Of a stretch of 64,000 nucleotides of DNA, positions 1 through 12,998 are shown one piece after another. Source of the DNA: Mustelus asterias (lineage: Eukaryota). A program made the translations under genes and the position numbers. Each line of letters begins with the position of its first letter. Position 1 is the first letter of the stretch. The stretch lies in contig NW_027590186.1 in NCBI RefSeq assembly GCF_964213995.1, positions 744,001 to 808,000 on the forward strand, read 5' to 3'. The notes under the pieces were generated by a model. It saw only the letters and a list, made by a program, of their open reading frames with translations. It was not told where the DNA came from and searched no databases.

Positions 1-204
1 CACAGTGCTGTTAGGGAGAGAATTCCAGGATTTTCGTCCCGCGACAGTTAAGAAACAGTGATATATTTAGAAGTTGGAATGGTGACCGATTTGGAGGGGA
101 ACAAGTAACGATACTGTGCCTTTAAGAAATTAATTTCTATCATGTTTCTTGTAAGAGGTATGTTTAAAATTCAACTCTGTTTTACGGGGGCCGATTTGTC
201 TGCA

Positions 205-1278
205 CAAAGAACAAATAACAAACGACAGTACAGCACAGCAATCGGCCCTTCGGCCCTCTGAGCCTGTGCCGATCATGTTGTCTTATCTAGACCAACCGCT
301 TATATCGTTCTGTTCCCCGTTTCTTCATATGCCTATCAAGATATGTCTCAAATGTTATTAAAGTGACTGCCTCAATCACCTCACATGGCAATGCATTCCA
401 GACCCCCACCGCCCTCTGTGTAAGAAACTTCCTCCACGCATCTGCACTGAACCTTTCCCCCCTTATCTTGCACTTGCTGCCCCCTTGTAATTGTCATTTC
501 TGCCCTGGGAAAAAGCTTCCAACTGTTCACTCTATCTATAGCTTCCATAACTTTATAAACTTCTATCAGATCGCCCCTCAGCCTGCGTCTTTCCAGGGAG
601 AACAATCCCAGTTTATTCAATCTCTCCTCATAGCTAATACCCTCCATACCAGGCAACATCCTGGTAAACCTTTTCTGCACTCCCTCCAAAGCCTCCAAAT
701 CCTTCTGGTAGTGTGGTGACCAGAATTGGACACACTATTCAAAATGTGGCCGAACCAAAGTTTCATCCAACTGTAACATAATTTGCCAACTTTTATACTC
801 GATGCCCCGTCCGATGAAGGCAAGCATGCCATATGCTTTCTTTACCACCTTTTCCACCTGTACTCCCACTTCTAAGGATCTGTGGACCTTACTCTCAAAT
901 CTGTCTGTGTGTCTATGCTCCTGATGGTTCTGCCATTTATTTCATGGCTCCCACCTCAATTGGATCAACCAAAATGCATCACCTCGCATTTGTTCAGGTT
1001 AAATTCCATCTGCCAGATCGCCACCCATTTTTCCAGGTTGTCTATATCCTGTGGTGTTCCCTGACAATCTTCATCACTATCCACAACTCTGCCAATCTTA
1101 GTATCATCCGCAAATTTGCTAATCAGAGCAGCTACGTTTACTTCCAAGCCATTTAGATATATATTACGAACAGCAGAGGTCCCAGCACTGATCACTGCAG
1201 AACACCACTAGCTACAGACCTCCATTCGGAAAGAAACACCCTTCCACCGCTATCCTCGCTCTTCTATGGCCAACCCAG
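205..1278 (-). mobile_element. CR1 LINE 3' fragment
   Basis: KFADDTKIG and LFSLERRRLRGDLIEVYK motifs in broken frames, plus a 3' tail. Confidence 0.85.
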
Positions 1279-1285
1279 AGAATAC

Positions 1286-1982
1286 TGTTAATGCAGGCAA
1301 ATGATTCATTTTAGCTAAGTATGTGTTTATTTTAATCTGAGTTAATGCATTTTTGTTTATTTTGGTTTTTCCCCTGTGGTTTCAGAGTAGGGCTTTGATT
1401 GGGTTGATTGGCAGAGGCAGGGTCATGTGAATGGGCTTGCAAGGAAAAGACAATGCTTTATTTTATTTTTAAACAGTCAGTTTCTGCTTGGTCCTGAAAG
1501 AAGAAAGAGGTCTTTCCCTCTCTGTCTATCTCTCTCTCTCTCTGAAGGCTGCTGTGTGGGGCTGGCAGAAGACAGGAGTCTCTCTGTCTGCCTCTCTCTC
1601 CAGAGGTGTTTTAGGACTTTTAACAAGTCCAAGCGCATAAGCAGGGGATTGTTACTGATTTTGAAGAGGAGTCCAAGTCGATCAGAGGAATATTGCTTGA
1701 ATTTGAACTGATAGGGATGAATTAGCGGCTATGAATTGCATGTTGTTAAGCTAAGCATTTCAATTGGGAAAAGTGAAACTAATTCGTTCGTTATGGTCAA
1801 ACTGTACTGTTAAATGAAGTTAGTTTTGATAAGCGCTTCCTTGTGTGTCAATGGAATCAGACCTGGAGCGAAACACCTTATCCTCACACTAATGTCAAAA
1901 TTGAAACACGGTTGAGGTCTAGTCATAACCTAACATATGGGATTCGTAACATACTTGTTTTGTTTTCTCTGACACCTTAACA
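1286..1982. mobile_element. Possible solo LTR (about 700 bp)
   Basis: TGTTAA...TTAACA inverted termini. No target-site duplication seen. Confidence 0.4.
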
Positions 1983-2310
1983 ACTTCCAGGCGATGGTGA
2001 TTCCAATGTGGCTGCTGGCCCTGGCCTTCAAGAAGGTAGAGCTCGTGGGATTTAAAATACTGTCGAGGGAGGTTTGAGAAGTGGCGACAATGCATGTTTT
2101 TCTGTACACATGGCAGGTTTCAGCTGTCTTCTGTCTCAGTAATGATCAACTTCCGCACCTCATTTCTCCTGGTTAATTTTGTGTAAGGTTATCATCTCGA
2201 AATCGTTGGGGATTCCAGCCCAATCCCACTGCTCCAATGACAAAACTGAGGAACTTATACAATCTCACACATCCACTTTTGGATATGATACAAAATAGTT
2301 TGTCTTCTCT

Positions 2311-3680
2311 GTTAGTCTAACCTCAGTGGTTGGTAAGTTGATGGAGAGGATCCTGAGAGACAGGATTTATGATCATCTAGAGAAGTTTAGTATGATCAAA
2401 AGTAGTCAGCACGGCTTTGTCAAGGGCAGGTCGTGCCTTACGAGCCTGGTTGAGTTCTTTGAAAATGTGACCAAACACATTGACGAAGGAAGAGCGGTGG
2501 ATGTGGTCTATATGGACTTCAGCAAGGCGTTCGATAAGGTCCCCCATGCAAGACTTCTTGAGAAAGCGAGAGGGCATGGGATCCAAGGGGCTGTTGCCTT
2601 GTGGATCCAGAACTGGCTTGCCTGCAGAAGGCAGAGAGTGGCTGTGGAGGGGTCTTTCTCTGCATGGAGGTCAGTGACCAGTGGAGTGCCCCAGGGATCT
2701 GTTCTGGGACCCTTGCTGTTTGTCATTTTCATAAATGACCTGGATGAGGAAGTGGAGGGATGGGTTGGTAAGTTTGCTGACGACACCAAGGTAGGTGGTG
2801 TTGTGGATAGTTTGGAGGGATGTCAGAAGTTGCAGCGAGACATAGATAGAATGCAAGACTGGGCGGAGAAGTGGCAGATGGACTTCAACCCGGATAAGTG
2901 TGTAGTGATCCATTTTGGCAGATCCAATGGGATGAAGCAGCAGTATAATATGAAGGGTACCATTCTTAGCAGTGTAGAGGATCAGAAGGACCTTGGGGTC
3001 CGGGTCCATAGGACTCTTAAATCGGCCTCGCAGGTGGAGGATGCGGTCAAGAAGGCGTACGGCGTACTGGCCTTCATTAATCGAGGGATTGAGTTTAGGA
3101 GTCGGGAGATAATGCTGCAGCTTTATAGGACCCTGGTTAGACCCCACTTGGAGTACTGCGCGCAGTTCTGGTCACCTCATTACAGGAAAGATGTTGAAGC
3201 CATTGAAAGGGTGCAGAGGAGATTTACAAGGATGTTGCCTGGATTGGGGGGCATGCCTTATGAGGATAGGTTGAGGGAGCTTGGTCTCTTCTCCCTGGAG
3301 AGACGAAGGATGAGAGGTGACCTGATAGAGGTTTACAAGATGTTGAGAGGTCTGGATAGGGTAGACTCTCAGAGGCTATTTCCAAGGGCTGAAATGGTTG
3401 CTACAAGAGGATACAGGTTTAAGGTGCTGGGGGGTAGGTACAGAGGAGATGTCAGGGGTAAGTTTTTCACTCAGAGGGTGGTGGGTGAGTGGAATCGGCT
3501 GACGTCGGTGGTGGTGGAGGCAAACGCGTTGGGGTCTTTTACGAGACTTCTGGATGAGTACATGGGATTTAATGGGATTGAGGGCTATAGATAGGCCTCG
3601 AGGTAGGGATATGATCAGCGCAACTTGTGGGCCGAAGGGCCTGTTTGTGCTGTGGCTTTCTATGTTCTATGTTCTATGTT
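2311..3680 (+). mobile_element. Young 5'-truncated CR1 LINE (open 422-aa RT C-terminal frame)
   Basis: DFSKAFDKV, GVPQGSVLGP, FADDTK motifs and a (TTCTATG)n tail. Confidence 0.92.
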
Positions 3681-4712
3681 AGGCGTTTAATGTCCCATGG
3701 CCGAATTGAAAGGGGAGCTGGTGAGTTAGTCATTAGGCCATGGAATTTTACAGCCCTTCATCCATTTTTGTCTGTCTTCGCCATCAAACAGCTACGTGTT
3801 CCAGCACTTGGTCCATTGCCTTGTATATAAAAGATTTGAAGAGTTCATCTAGATGCTTCTAAAATGCTGCTTTCATACCTGAAAAATTCTGAGTGTTGCC
3901 ATTGACCAGAAACATTGCAGTTTCAACCACATTACTCTGTATCTTGAGTCACGTCTATGCCAGGCCAGGTAAGGACGGCACATTTCCTTCCGCAAAGCCG
4001 CATTAATGAACAAGATGGGGTTTTAGAGCCATCGACAATGGTCGTCATTAGATTTTATTTTATTGTTTTCAAATTTCACCAACTGCCTTGATCAGATTTG
4101 ACATTTCTTCCCCGAATCAGTAACCTGGGTCTTTAAATTATTGATCCAGTGACAATACAGTGGGCCACCATCTCCCCATAGTCCAGCATCGACTTCCGTC
4201 AACCACTAATAATTCAACATATACTGTTCGAGCAGGATAGGAGCGACCATGGAGAAGAAGTCCGATGTCGTGATAATCCTATAAACCTTCTGTTTTACCT
4301 AGTTGGGAGATTTTATCAGTCAAAGTCTTTCCCGACTTGTTCCCACCTTCCCACAATTGGCACAAAGCATTTACAATGTAGACATTGCCAACACTGAACT
4401 GTCTCTCCTTTGAAAATCACTATGGAACCAGTTCCCCCGCCCTAATTAATGGGCAGCTCCTGAAACATTGCAACTTGCCAGGTAACACTGACGCTACTCC
4501 GGGGCCACTCTAAACTGGAGCAAATCATCTTAAACCTGAGCCATTTAAACATTTTTCTTCCCGCCAATACAACTGCCTCTCCTTGGATATTTTATATCAA
4601 TGATATCCAGGGTAATCCGAAAGGCAAGTCTGGATGGGTGCTGGATGCATTCTGAGTGATAACTTCCGTTGAGGATGGAATAGACGGTTTCAGCGGGAAC
4701 ATAAATGTATTT

Positions 4713-7700
4713 AGAACATAGAACATAGAAAAACTACAGCACAAATAGGCCCTTCGGCCCACAAGTTGCGCCGGTCATGTCCCTACCTACCTTGGCCTAT
4801 ATATAGGCTTACCTACAACCCTCAATCCTATTAAGTCCCATGTACTCATCCAGAAGTCTCTTAAAAGACCCTATCGAGCTTGCCTCCACCACCATTGACG
4901 GCAGCCGATTCCACTCACCCACCATCCTCTGAGTGAAAAACTTACCCCTGACATCTCCTCTGTACCTGCTCCCCAGCAGCTTAAACCTGTGTCCTCTCGT
5001 AGCAGCCATTTCAGCCCTGGGAAAAAGCCTCTGAGAATCCACCCGATCTATACCTCTCAACATCTTGTACACCTTTATCAGGTCACCTCTCATCCTTCGT
5101 CTCTCCAACGAGAAAATACCGAGCTCTCTCCACCTATCCTCATAAGGCATGCCACCCAATCCAGGCAACATCCTTGTAAATCTTCTGCGCACCCTTTCAA
5201 TAATTTCTACATCTGACGAGGGTCTTATAAAACTGCATCATTATCTCCCGTCTCCTAAACTCAATCCCTCAAGTGATGTAGGCCAGCACACCATACGCCT
5301 TCTTAACCACCTCCTCTACCTGTGAGGCCGATTTAAGAGCCCTATGGACCCGGACTCCAAGGTCCTTCTGAGCCTCTACACTGCTAAGAGTCTTACCCTT
5401 GATATTATACTCCTTCATTCCATTTGACCTGCCAAAGTGTACCAATACACATTTATCCGGGTTGAAGTCCATCTGCCACTTCTCCGCCCAGTCTTGCATC
5501 CTATCTATGTCACACTGCAGCTTCTGACGTCCCTCCAAACTATCCACAACACCACCAACCTTCGTGTCGTCGGCAAACTTACCAACCCATCCCTCCACTT
5601 CCTCATCCAGGTCATTTATGAAAATGACAAACAGCAAGGGTCCCAGAACAGATCTCTGGGGCACTCCACTGGTGACCGACCTCCATTCAGAAAAAGACCT
5701 ATCTACAACCACTCTCTGCCTTCTGCAGGCAAGCCAGTTCTGGATCCACAAGGCAACAGCCCCTTGGATCCCATGCCCTCTCACTTTCTCAAGAAGTCTT
5801 GCATGGGGGACCTTATCGAACGCCTTGCTGAAGTCCATGTAAACTACATCTACCGCTTTTCCTTCGTCAACGTGTTTAGTCACATTTTCAAAGAACTCCA
5901 CCAGGCTCGTAAGGCACGATTTGCCTTTGCCAAAGCCGTGCTGACTACTTCTGAGCATACTAAACTTCTCTAAATGTTCATAAATCCTGTCCCTCAGGAT
6001 CTTCTCCATCAACTTACCAAACACTGAGGTTAGACTCGCCGGTCGGTAATTTCGTGGTCTATCCCTATTCCCTTTCTTGAATATAGGAACCACATCTACA
6101 ATCCTCCAATCCTCCGGAACCTCTCGCGTCTCCATCGACGACGCAAAGATCATCGACAGAGGCTCTGCAATCTCTTCCCTCGCCTCCCACGGTAACCTGG
6201 GGTACATCCCATCCGGTCCCGGCGACTTATCTAACTTGATTTTATTCAAAATTTCCAACACATCTTCTTTCTTAATGTCGACAAACTCAATCTTCTCAGT
6301 CCGCCGCAATCCTGTAGTACAACCACCCAGGTCTTTTTCCACCGTGAATACCGAGGTAAAGCATTCATTAAGCACCTCTGCTATTTCTTCCGGTTCCATA
6401 CAGACTTTCTCACCTTCAGCTTTTATAGGTTCTATTCCTTCACATCTCATCCTTTAACTCTTCACATATTTATAGAACGCCTTAAGGTTCTCCTTAATCT
6501 TACCTGCCAAGGCCTTCTCGTGACCCCTTCTGGCTCTCCTAATTTCCTTCTTCAGTCCCTTCCTACAAGCCGTATACTCATCTAGATCCCCATCATCGCC
6601 AACTCTCTGAACCTATTGTACGCTTTCCTTTTCCTTTTGACTAGGTTCAGCATAGCTTTCGTGCACCACGGTTCCCGTAACCTACCAAAATCTCCCTGTC
6701 TCATCGGAACGTTGTGATGTCGAACTCCAGACAAACATTCCTTGAAAATCTGCCACCTTACTTCGGTACTTTCCCTCGAGAGTACCTCCTTCAAATTTAT
6801 GTCGCTTATCTCCTGCCTGATGGCTTCATATTTCCCCTTACTCCAAATAAACACTTTCCTAGCTTGCCTGATCCTATCTCTTTCCAATGTTAGCATAAAG
6901 GAGATAGAGTTATGATCACTATCCCCAAGATGCTCCCCCACTGAGAGATCCGACACCTGTCCAGGCTCATTAGCCAGTACCAGATCGAGTACAGCCTCTC
7001 CTCTTGTAGGCTTATCCACATGCTGTGTCAGGAAACCCTCCTGTACACAACTCACAAACTCCTCCCCATCCAAGCCCCTTACCCTAGGGATATTCCAATC
7101 AATGTTTGGGAAATTAAACTCTCCCAACACGACAACCGTTATTCCTACATCTCTCCAGGATCTGTTTCCCTATCTGCTCCTCAGCAGCCCTGTCACTATT
7201 GGGCGGCCTATAGAAAACATCCAGCAAAGTTATCGACCCCTTCCCGCTCCGAACTTCCACCCACAGAGACTCCGTAGACAACCCCTCCACGGCGTCCACC
7301 TTCTCTACAGCTGTGACAATATCCCTGATCAGCAGTGCCACTCCCCCCGCTCTTCTGCCTCCCTCTCTGCCCTTTCTGAAACATCTGAAACCCGGCACCT
7401 GAAGTGTCCAGTCCTGTCCCTGTCCCCAAGTCTCCGTAATGGCCACCACATCACACTTCCAAGCATCGATCCACACTCTAAGCTCATCCACTTTATTTAC
7501 TACACTGCTGGCATTAAAATAGACATATCTCAAACCATTGGTCTGAGCTCTCCCGTTCTCTATCACCCGTCTATTCTCCCTCTTCCGCTGTCTACAATCC
7601 CTCTCTATTTGTGGGATACCCTCCTCGCTCCCAGTCACCTCATCTCGATTCCCTCCCCCAACCTTTCTAGTTTAATGTCTCTCCAGTAGCCTTAGCCAAC

Positions 7701-8580
7701 CTTCCTGCCAGGATATTGGTCCCCCTGGGATTCAAGTGCCACCCGTCTTTTTTATACAGGTCACACCTGCCCCTAAAGAGGTCCCAATGATCCAGGAACC
7801 CGAATCCCTGCCCCCTGCTCTAATCCCTCAGCCACGCATTCATCCTCCACCTCACTCCATTCCTGCTCTCACTTTCCCGTGGCACAGGCAGTAATCCTCA
7901 GATTACTACCTTTGCGTTCTTCCTTCTCAATTGTCTACCTAACTCACTATATTCTCTTTTCATGACCCCTTCCCTCTTCCTACCTATGTCAGCGGTACCA
8001 ATATGTACCACGACCTCTGGCTCCTCTCCCTCCCTCCTCAGGATTTCTGGGACGTGACCAGAGACATCGCGGATCCCGGCACCCGGGAGGCAGACCATCA
8101 TCCGAGACTCCAGTCAGCCTCCGCAAAAACGCCTGTCCGACCCTCTTACTGTTGAGTCCCCGATTAATACTGCCTTCCTTCTCCTTTCTTTAGCCCTCTG
8201 AGTTACAGGGCCGGACCCTGCTCCAGAGACACAGCCACTGCTGCTTCCCCCAGGTGGGCTGTCCCCCACAGCAGTATTCAGACAGGAGTACGTATTGTGA
8301 AGGGGCACATCCACCGGGGTGCTCTCTATCACCTGAGCTTTCCTCCTCCTGGCCGTTACCCACTTGCCTGCCTCCCATGGCCCTGGTGTGACCACCTGAT
8401 GATAGCTCCTGTCTATCACCTCCTCATTTTCCCTAACCAGACGAAGATCCTCGAGCTGCACTTCCAGTTCTCTAACACGGTCCCTTCGGAACCACAGCTC
8501 AACACACCCATCACAGATATGGACGTCCGGGAGACCAGGAGCCTCCAGGACCTCCCACATCCTACCTTGGGAACAACAGA
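4713..8580 (-). mobile_element. Near full-length CR1 LINE (ORF1 esterase-like, ORF2 APE + RT), frameshifted
   Basis: VLIGDSTVRG and VVVHIGT (SGNH-like ORF1), VAITETW, YRPPN, SDHN (APE), RT ORF 5269-6450, and a 3' tail. Confidence 0.92.
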
Positions 8581-9202
8581 CGTATTCCACAAATCTACAG
8601 GATTTGTGGAGTAAGTGGGGCAGTGAGACCATTTGGATTGTTCTCAATCGAATCAGTGGTTTCAATGGAATGTGATGGATATAACTCTACAATCGTATCT
8701 GATTAAAACATACTCAAAAATCATCCTGGGTATCAGTCACCGATTGGCATTTATGCTGGGGACAGTATTGTTAACGTCATAAAAGTATACTGAGTAAAAG
8801 CATCTGAAAACTCCCCGGTTCTTTGTTCAGTGAATGACCAGGAATCTGGTTTGTGTCTAAATCAACACAGGCTCCTGGAGAATATTTTCAATGGTATCTC
8901 TTGGATATGTTTGCTGCTTTCAGATCCTGTAAGAAACTCGACAGTTTCAGAAGTTTTGCAAAGTCTCCATCTCGGTGTTCCCCCTCCCTGGTGAAATTGG
9001 TGGAACTGGATTCAACGCCCCCCCCCCCCTCTCCATAATCAGTGCTTCTTCACTTTTCCAGATGTTCAGTCGGGGGTGGTGTTCCACGTAAGAACATAGA
9101 TAAATGGAATAACTACTGAGCAAAGGGGACTCGAATCCCACAAAGATTGTTACTGAACTTTGAATGAAGTAAAAATGTGGAATCAAAAATCTAATGACTA
9201 CC

Positions 9203-12030
9203 ATTGCAAAGCAGATTATGGATAGGTGTGGAGGTCACAGGTTAGTTGTCATGGGTGACTTTAACTTTCCAAATATTGATTGGAACCTTTATAGGTCGAA
9301 TAGTTCGGATGGGGCAGTTTTTGTACAGAGTGTGCAGGAGGGGTTCCTGACACAATATGTGGATAGGCCGACAAGAGGTGTGGCCACGTTGGACTTGGTA
9401 CTGGGTAATGAACCGGGCCAAGTATTAGATTTGTTTGTGGGAGAGCACTTTGAAGATAGTGACCACAATTCGGTGTATTTCCTTATTGCAATGGAGAGGG
9501 ATAGGACCATACGGCAGGGCAAGGTTTATAATTGGGGGAGGGGTAATTATGATGCGATTAGGCAAGAATTAGGGAGCATATGATGGGTACAGAAACTGTC
9601 AGGGAAAGGCACAAATGAAAATTGGAGCTTGTTCAAGGAACAAATATTGCGTGTCCTTGATAGGTATGTCCCTGTCAGGCATGGAGGAAATGGCCGAGTG
9701 AGGGAACCATGGTTCACAAAAGAGGTTGAATGTCTTGTCAAGAGGAAAAAGGAAGCGGATGTAAGATGAGAAAACAAGGTTCAGTTGGGTCGCTTGAGGG
9801 TTACAAGGTAGCAAGGAATTAGCTAAAAAAGGGCTTAGGAGAGCTAGGAGGGGGCATGAGAAGTCCTTGGCGGGTCGGATCAAGGAAAACCCCAAGGCTT
9901 TTTACTCTTATGTAAGAAATAAAAGAATGACCAAGGTGAGGTTAGGGCCGGTCAAGGATAGTAGTGGGAACTTGTGCATGGAGTCAGAAGAAATAGGAGA
10001 GGTGATGAATGAATACTTTTTTCAGTGTTCACCACGGAGAGGGGCCATGTTTTTGAAGATGAGGGTGGGATACAGACTGATAGGCTGGAGGAGGTAGATG
10101 TTCTGAGGGAAGATGTATTCGCAATTTTGAAAAACCTGAGGGTCGATAAGTCCCCTGGGCCAGATGGGATATATCGTAGGATTCTTTGGGAGGAAGGGAT
10201 GAGATTGCAGAGTCTTTGGCTTTGATCTTTGGGTTCTCACTGTCCACGGGGATAGTGCCAGAGGACTGGAGAGTGGCGAATGTTGTTCCTCTGTTCAAGA
10301 AAGGGAATAGAAATGACCCTGGTAATTATAGACCGGTTAGTCTTACTTCGGTGTTTGGTAAGTTAATGGAAAAGGTCCTGAGGGATAGGATTTACGACCA
10401 TTTGGAAGGATGCCGCTTAATCCGGGATAGTCAGCACGGATCCGTGAAGGGTAAGTCTTGCCTCACAAATTTGATTGAATTCTTTGAGGAGTTCACTAAG
10501 TAAGTAGATGAAGGTAGAACAGTTGGTGTCGTATACATGGATTATCGTAAGGCGTTTGATAAGGCTCCCTAAGGTCGGCTCATGAAGAAAGTAAGGGAGG
10601 TGTGGATAGAGGGAAATTTGGCCAATTGGATAAGTAACTGGTTATCTCATAGAAAGAAGTTTAACAACAGCAGGTCAAAGTCCAACAGGCTTATTTGGTA
10701 GCAAAAGCCACAGGCTTTCGGAGCCTTAAGCTCCTTCTTCAGGTGAGTGGGAATTCTAATCACAAAAGGGCATATAAAGACACAAACTCAATTTACAGAA
10801 TAATGGTTGGAATGCGAATACTTACAGCTAATCATGTCTTAAAGGTACAAACAATGTGAGTGGAGAGAGCATTAAGACAGGTTAAAGAAATGTGTATTGT
10901 CTCCAGACAGGACAGCCAGTGAGACACTGCGAGTCCAGGCAAGCTGTGGGGATTACAGATAGTGTGATATGAACCCAATATCCCGGTTGAGGCTGTCCTC
11001 ATGTGTGCGGAACTTGGCTATCAGTTTCTGCTCAGCGACTCTGCGCCGTCGTGTGTCGTGAAGGCCGTTCAGTGCTGTGTCCTCTGCTATTTGTAATTTT
11101 TATCAATGACTTGGAGGAGGGGGCTGAAAGGTGGGTCAGTAAGTTTGCTGATGACACCAAGATTGGTGGAGTAGTGGATGAGGTGGAGGGCTGATGTAGG
11201 CTGCAAAGCAGAGCTGGGCCGAAAAATGGCAGATGGAGTTTAACCCTAATCAGTGCGAGGTGATTCATTTTGGTAGGACAAATTTGAATGCGGAGTACAG
11301 AGTCAACGGCAGGGTTCTGAGGAACGTGGAGGAACAGAGAGATCTTGGGTTCATATCCACAGATCTCTGAAGGTTGCCACTCAAGTGGATAGAGCCGTGA
11401 AGAAGGCCTATAGTGTGTTAGCGTTTATTAACAGGGGGTTTGAGTTTAAGAGCCATGGGCTTATGCTGCAACTGTACAGGACCTTGGTGAGACCTCATTT
11501 GGAATATTGTATGCAGTTCTGGTCACCTCACTATAAGAAGGATGTGGAAGCATTGGAGAGAGTGCACAGGAAATTTACCAGGATGCTGCCTGGTTTGGAG
11601 GGTAGGTATTATGAGGAAAGGTTGAGGGAGCTAGGGCTTTTTCTCATTAGAGCGGAGGAGGATGAGAGGCGACTTAATAGAGGTTGATCAGATGATGAGG
11701 GGGATAGATAGAGTGGACGGTCAAAGACTATTTCCTTGGGTGGATGTAGCTGTTACTGGGGGGCATAACTGTAAGGTTCACGGTGGGAGATATAGGAGGG
11801 ATATCAGAGGTAGGTTCTTTACTCAGAGAGTGGTTGGGGTGTGGAATGGACTGCCTGCTGTGAAAGTGGAGTCGGAAACTTTAGGAACTTTCAAGCGGTG
11901 ATTTGATATGCACATGGAGCACACCAGAATGATAGCGAGTGGGAGAGCTTGTTCTTGGTTTCGGACAAAGCTCGGCACCACATCGAGGGCCAAAGGGCCT
12001 CTACTGTGCTGTACTGCTCTATGTTCTATG
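9203..12030 (+). mobile_element. Degenerate CR1 LINE ORF2, interrupted by a Penelope-like fragment (about 10655-11068)
   Basis: MGDFNFPNIDW, NYRPVSLTS and FADDTK in broken frames. The insert shares its terminus with 45840-46005 and 62400-62620. Confidence 0.85.
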
Positions 12031-12266
12031 AAACAATTGTCGATTGTTGTAAAGACTGATCTGATTCACGGATACCCTTTAAGGAAAGAAATCTACCTTC
12101 CTTACTTGACCTGGCCTACCTGTGACGACATATCCACACAACAATGCGGTTGACTCTCAAACACCATTTGATATGGCCGAACAAACCATTTAATTCAAGG
12201 AAAATTAAGGGTGGACATCCAAAGAATGAAAATGAAAGCAGGGAAATGGCTGCAATTCCTCTTGTG

Positions 12267-12305
12267 GGTTTGTGTACAGGGCTGGGTGTGATCTATATCA
12301 CTGTG
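12267..12305 (-). promoter_or_regulatory. 23-RSS of the IgH-like V: CACAGTG-23-ACACAAACC
   Basis: Plus strand ggtttgtgt 12267-75, 23 nt, cactgtg 12299-305. Confidence 0.9.
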
Positions 12306-12780
12306 CCCTTGTGCACAGTGATACGTAGAGCTGTCTCCCATTGTTAAAGTCCTAATAGAGAGCACGAATACACTGTTGGAAAGGTATTTGGTTGCAGTGA
12401 TTCGTTCACCAAACTCCGGATTGTAATTCTTGCTATTTTCATTGTAGTACCAAAGGAGCCAGCCCGGTCCCTTCCCGAGACTGTGTCGGTACCAAGCATG
12501 GTGTATCTCCAAAGATCAAATCCACTGGTTTTACAGGTTAGGGTCAGGGTTTGCCCTACTATCCCCGTTTCTGCCTCTGGCTGGGTCAACACCACATCCG
12601 ACTGGACGCCTGCTAACCGAAAGAAACAATAATTATGGTGAGGTGAATCCAGTTTGTGTCACGCCACAGGGAATGATTAATGTTAAACAGAGACTATGGG
12701 AACTTTCTGAGAATATCCAACTACTCACAGGATAAGAAGCCAATAAACAGACCGAGAGATATTGCTAGCGCCATGCTCAT
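12306..12780 (-). pseudogene. IgH-like (TAILV/VHdelta-like) V segment with one frameshift. Leader 12729-12780, V exon 12306-12609
   Basis: [55 protein letters not shown], then a 1-nt frameshift near 12497, then WYRHSLGKGPGWLLWYYNENSKNYNPEFGERITATKYLSNSVFVLSIRTLTMGDSSTYHCAQG. FR1 is typical of shark VH (LTQPEAETG...[10 protein letters not shown]). Confidence 0.88.
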
Positions 12781-12990
12781 GGAGCTTGTGTTAACTTAGA
12801 CACCCTCCTCCCGGGACTCCCTCCAGTCATTCACTGAACAGAGCACTGGCTGATCTTTAACTTCTGATCGTTAGTCACAACGGATTGTATACAAGGGCAG
12901 GGGAGGGTTTTGACAAGCCACCAATTAGAATAGAAGACACTGTCAACACGTGACAATATATCCATATCAATACAGAATGGGCGCCAACGA

Positions 12991-12998
12991 ATTTGCAT
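12991..12998 (-). promoter_or_regulatory. Octamer ATGCAAAT in IgH-promoter orientation, about 210 bp upstream of the leader ATG
   Basis: Plus strand atttgcat at 12991-12998. Confidence 0.45.

Noticed and set aside
8853-9038. ORF containing QAPGEYFQW, like a V FR2
   Set aside because: No properly placed Cys, Trp or YYC, no RSS, and it is on the opposite strand to the V array.
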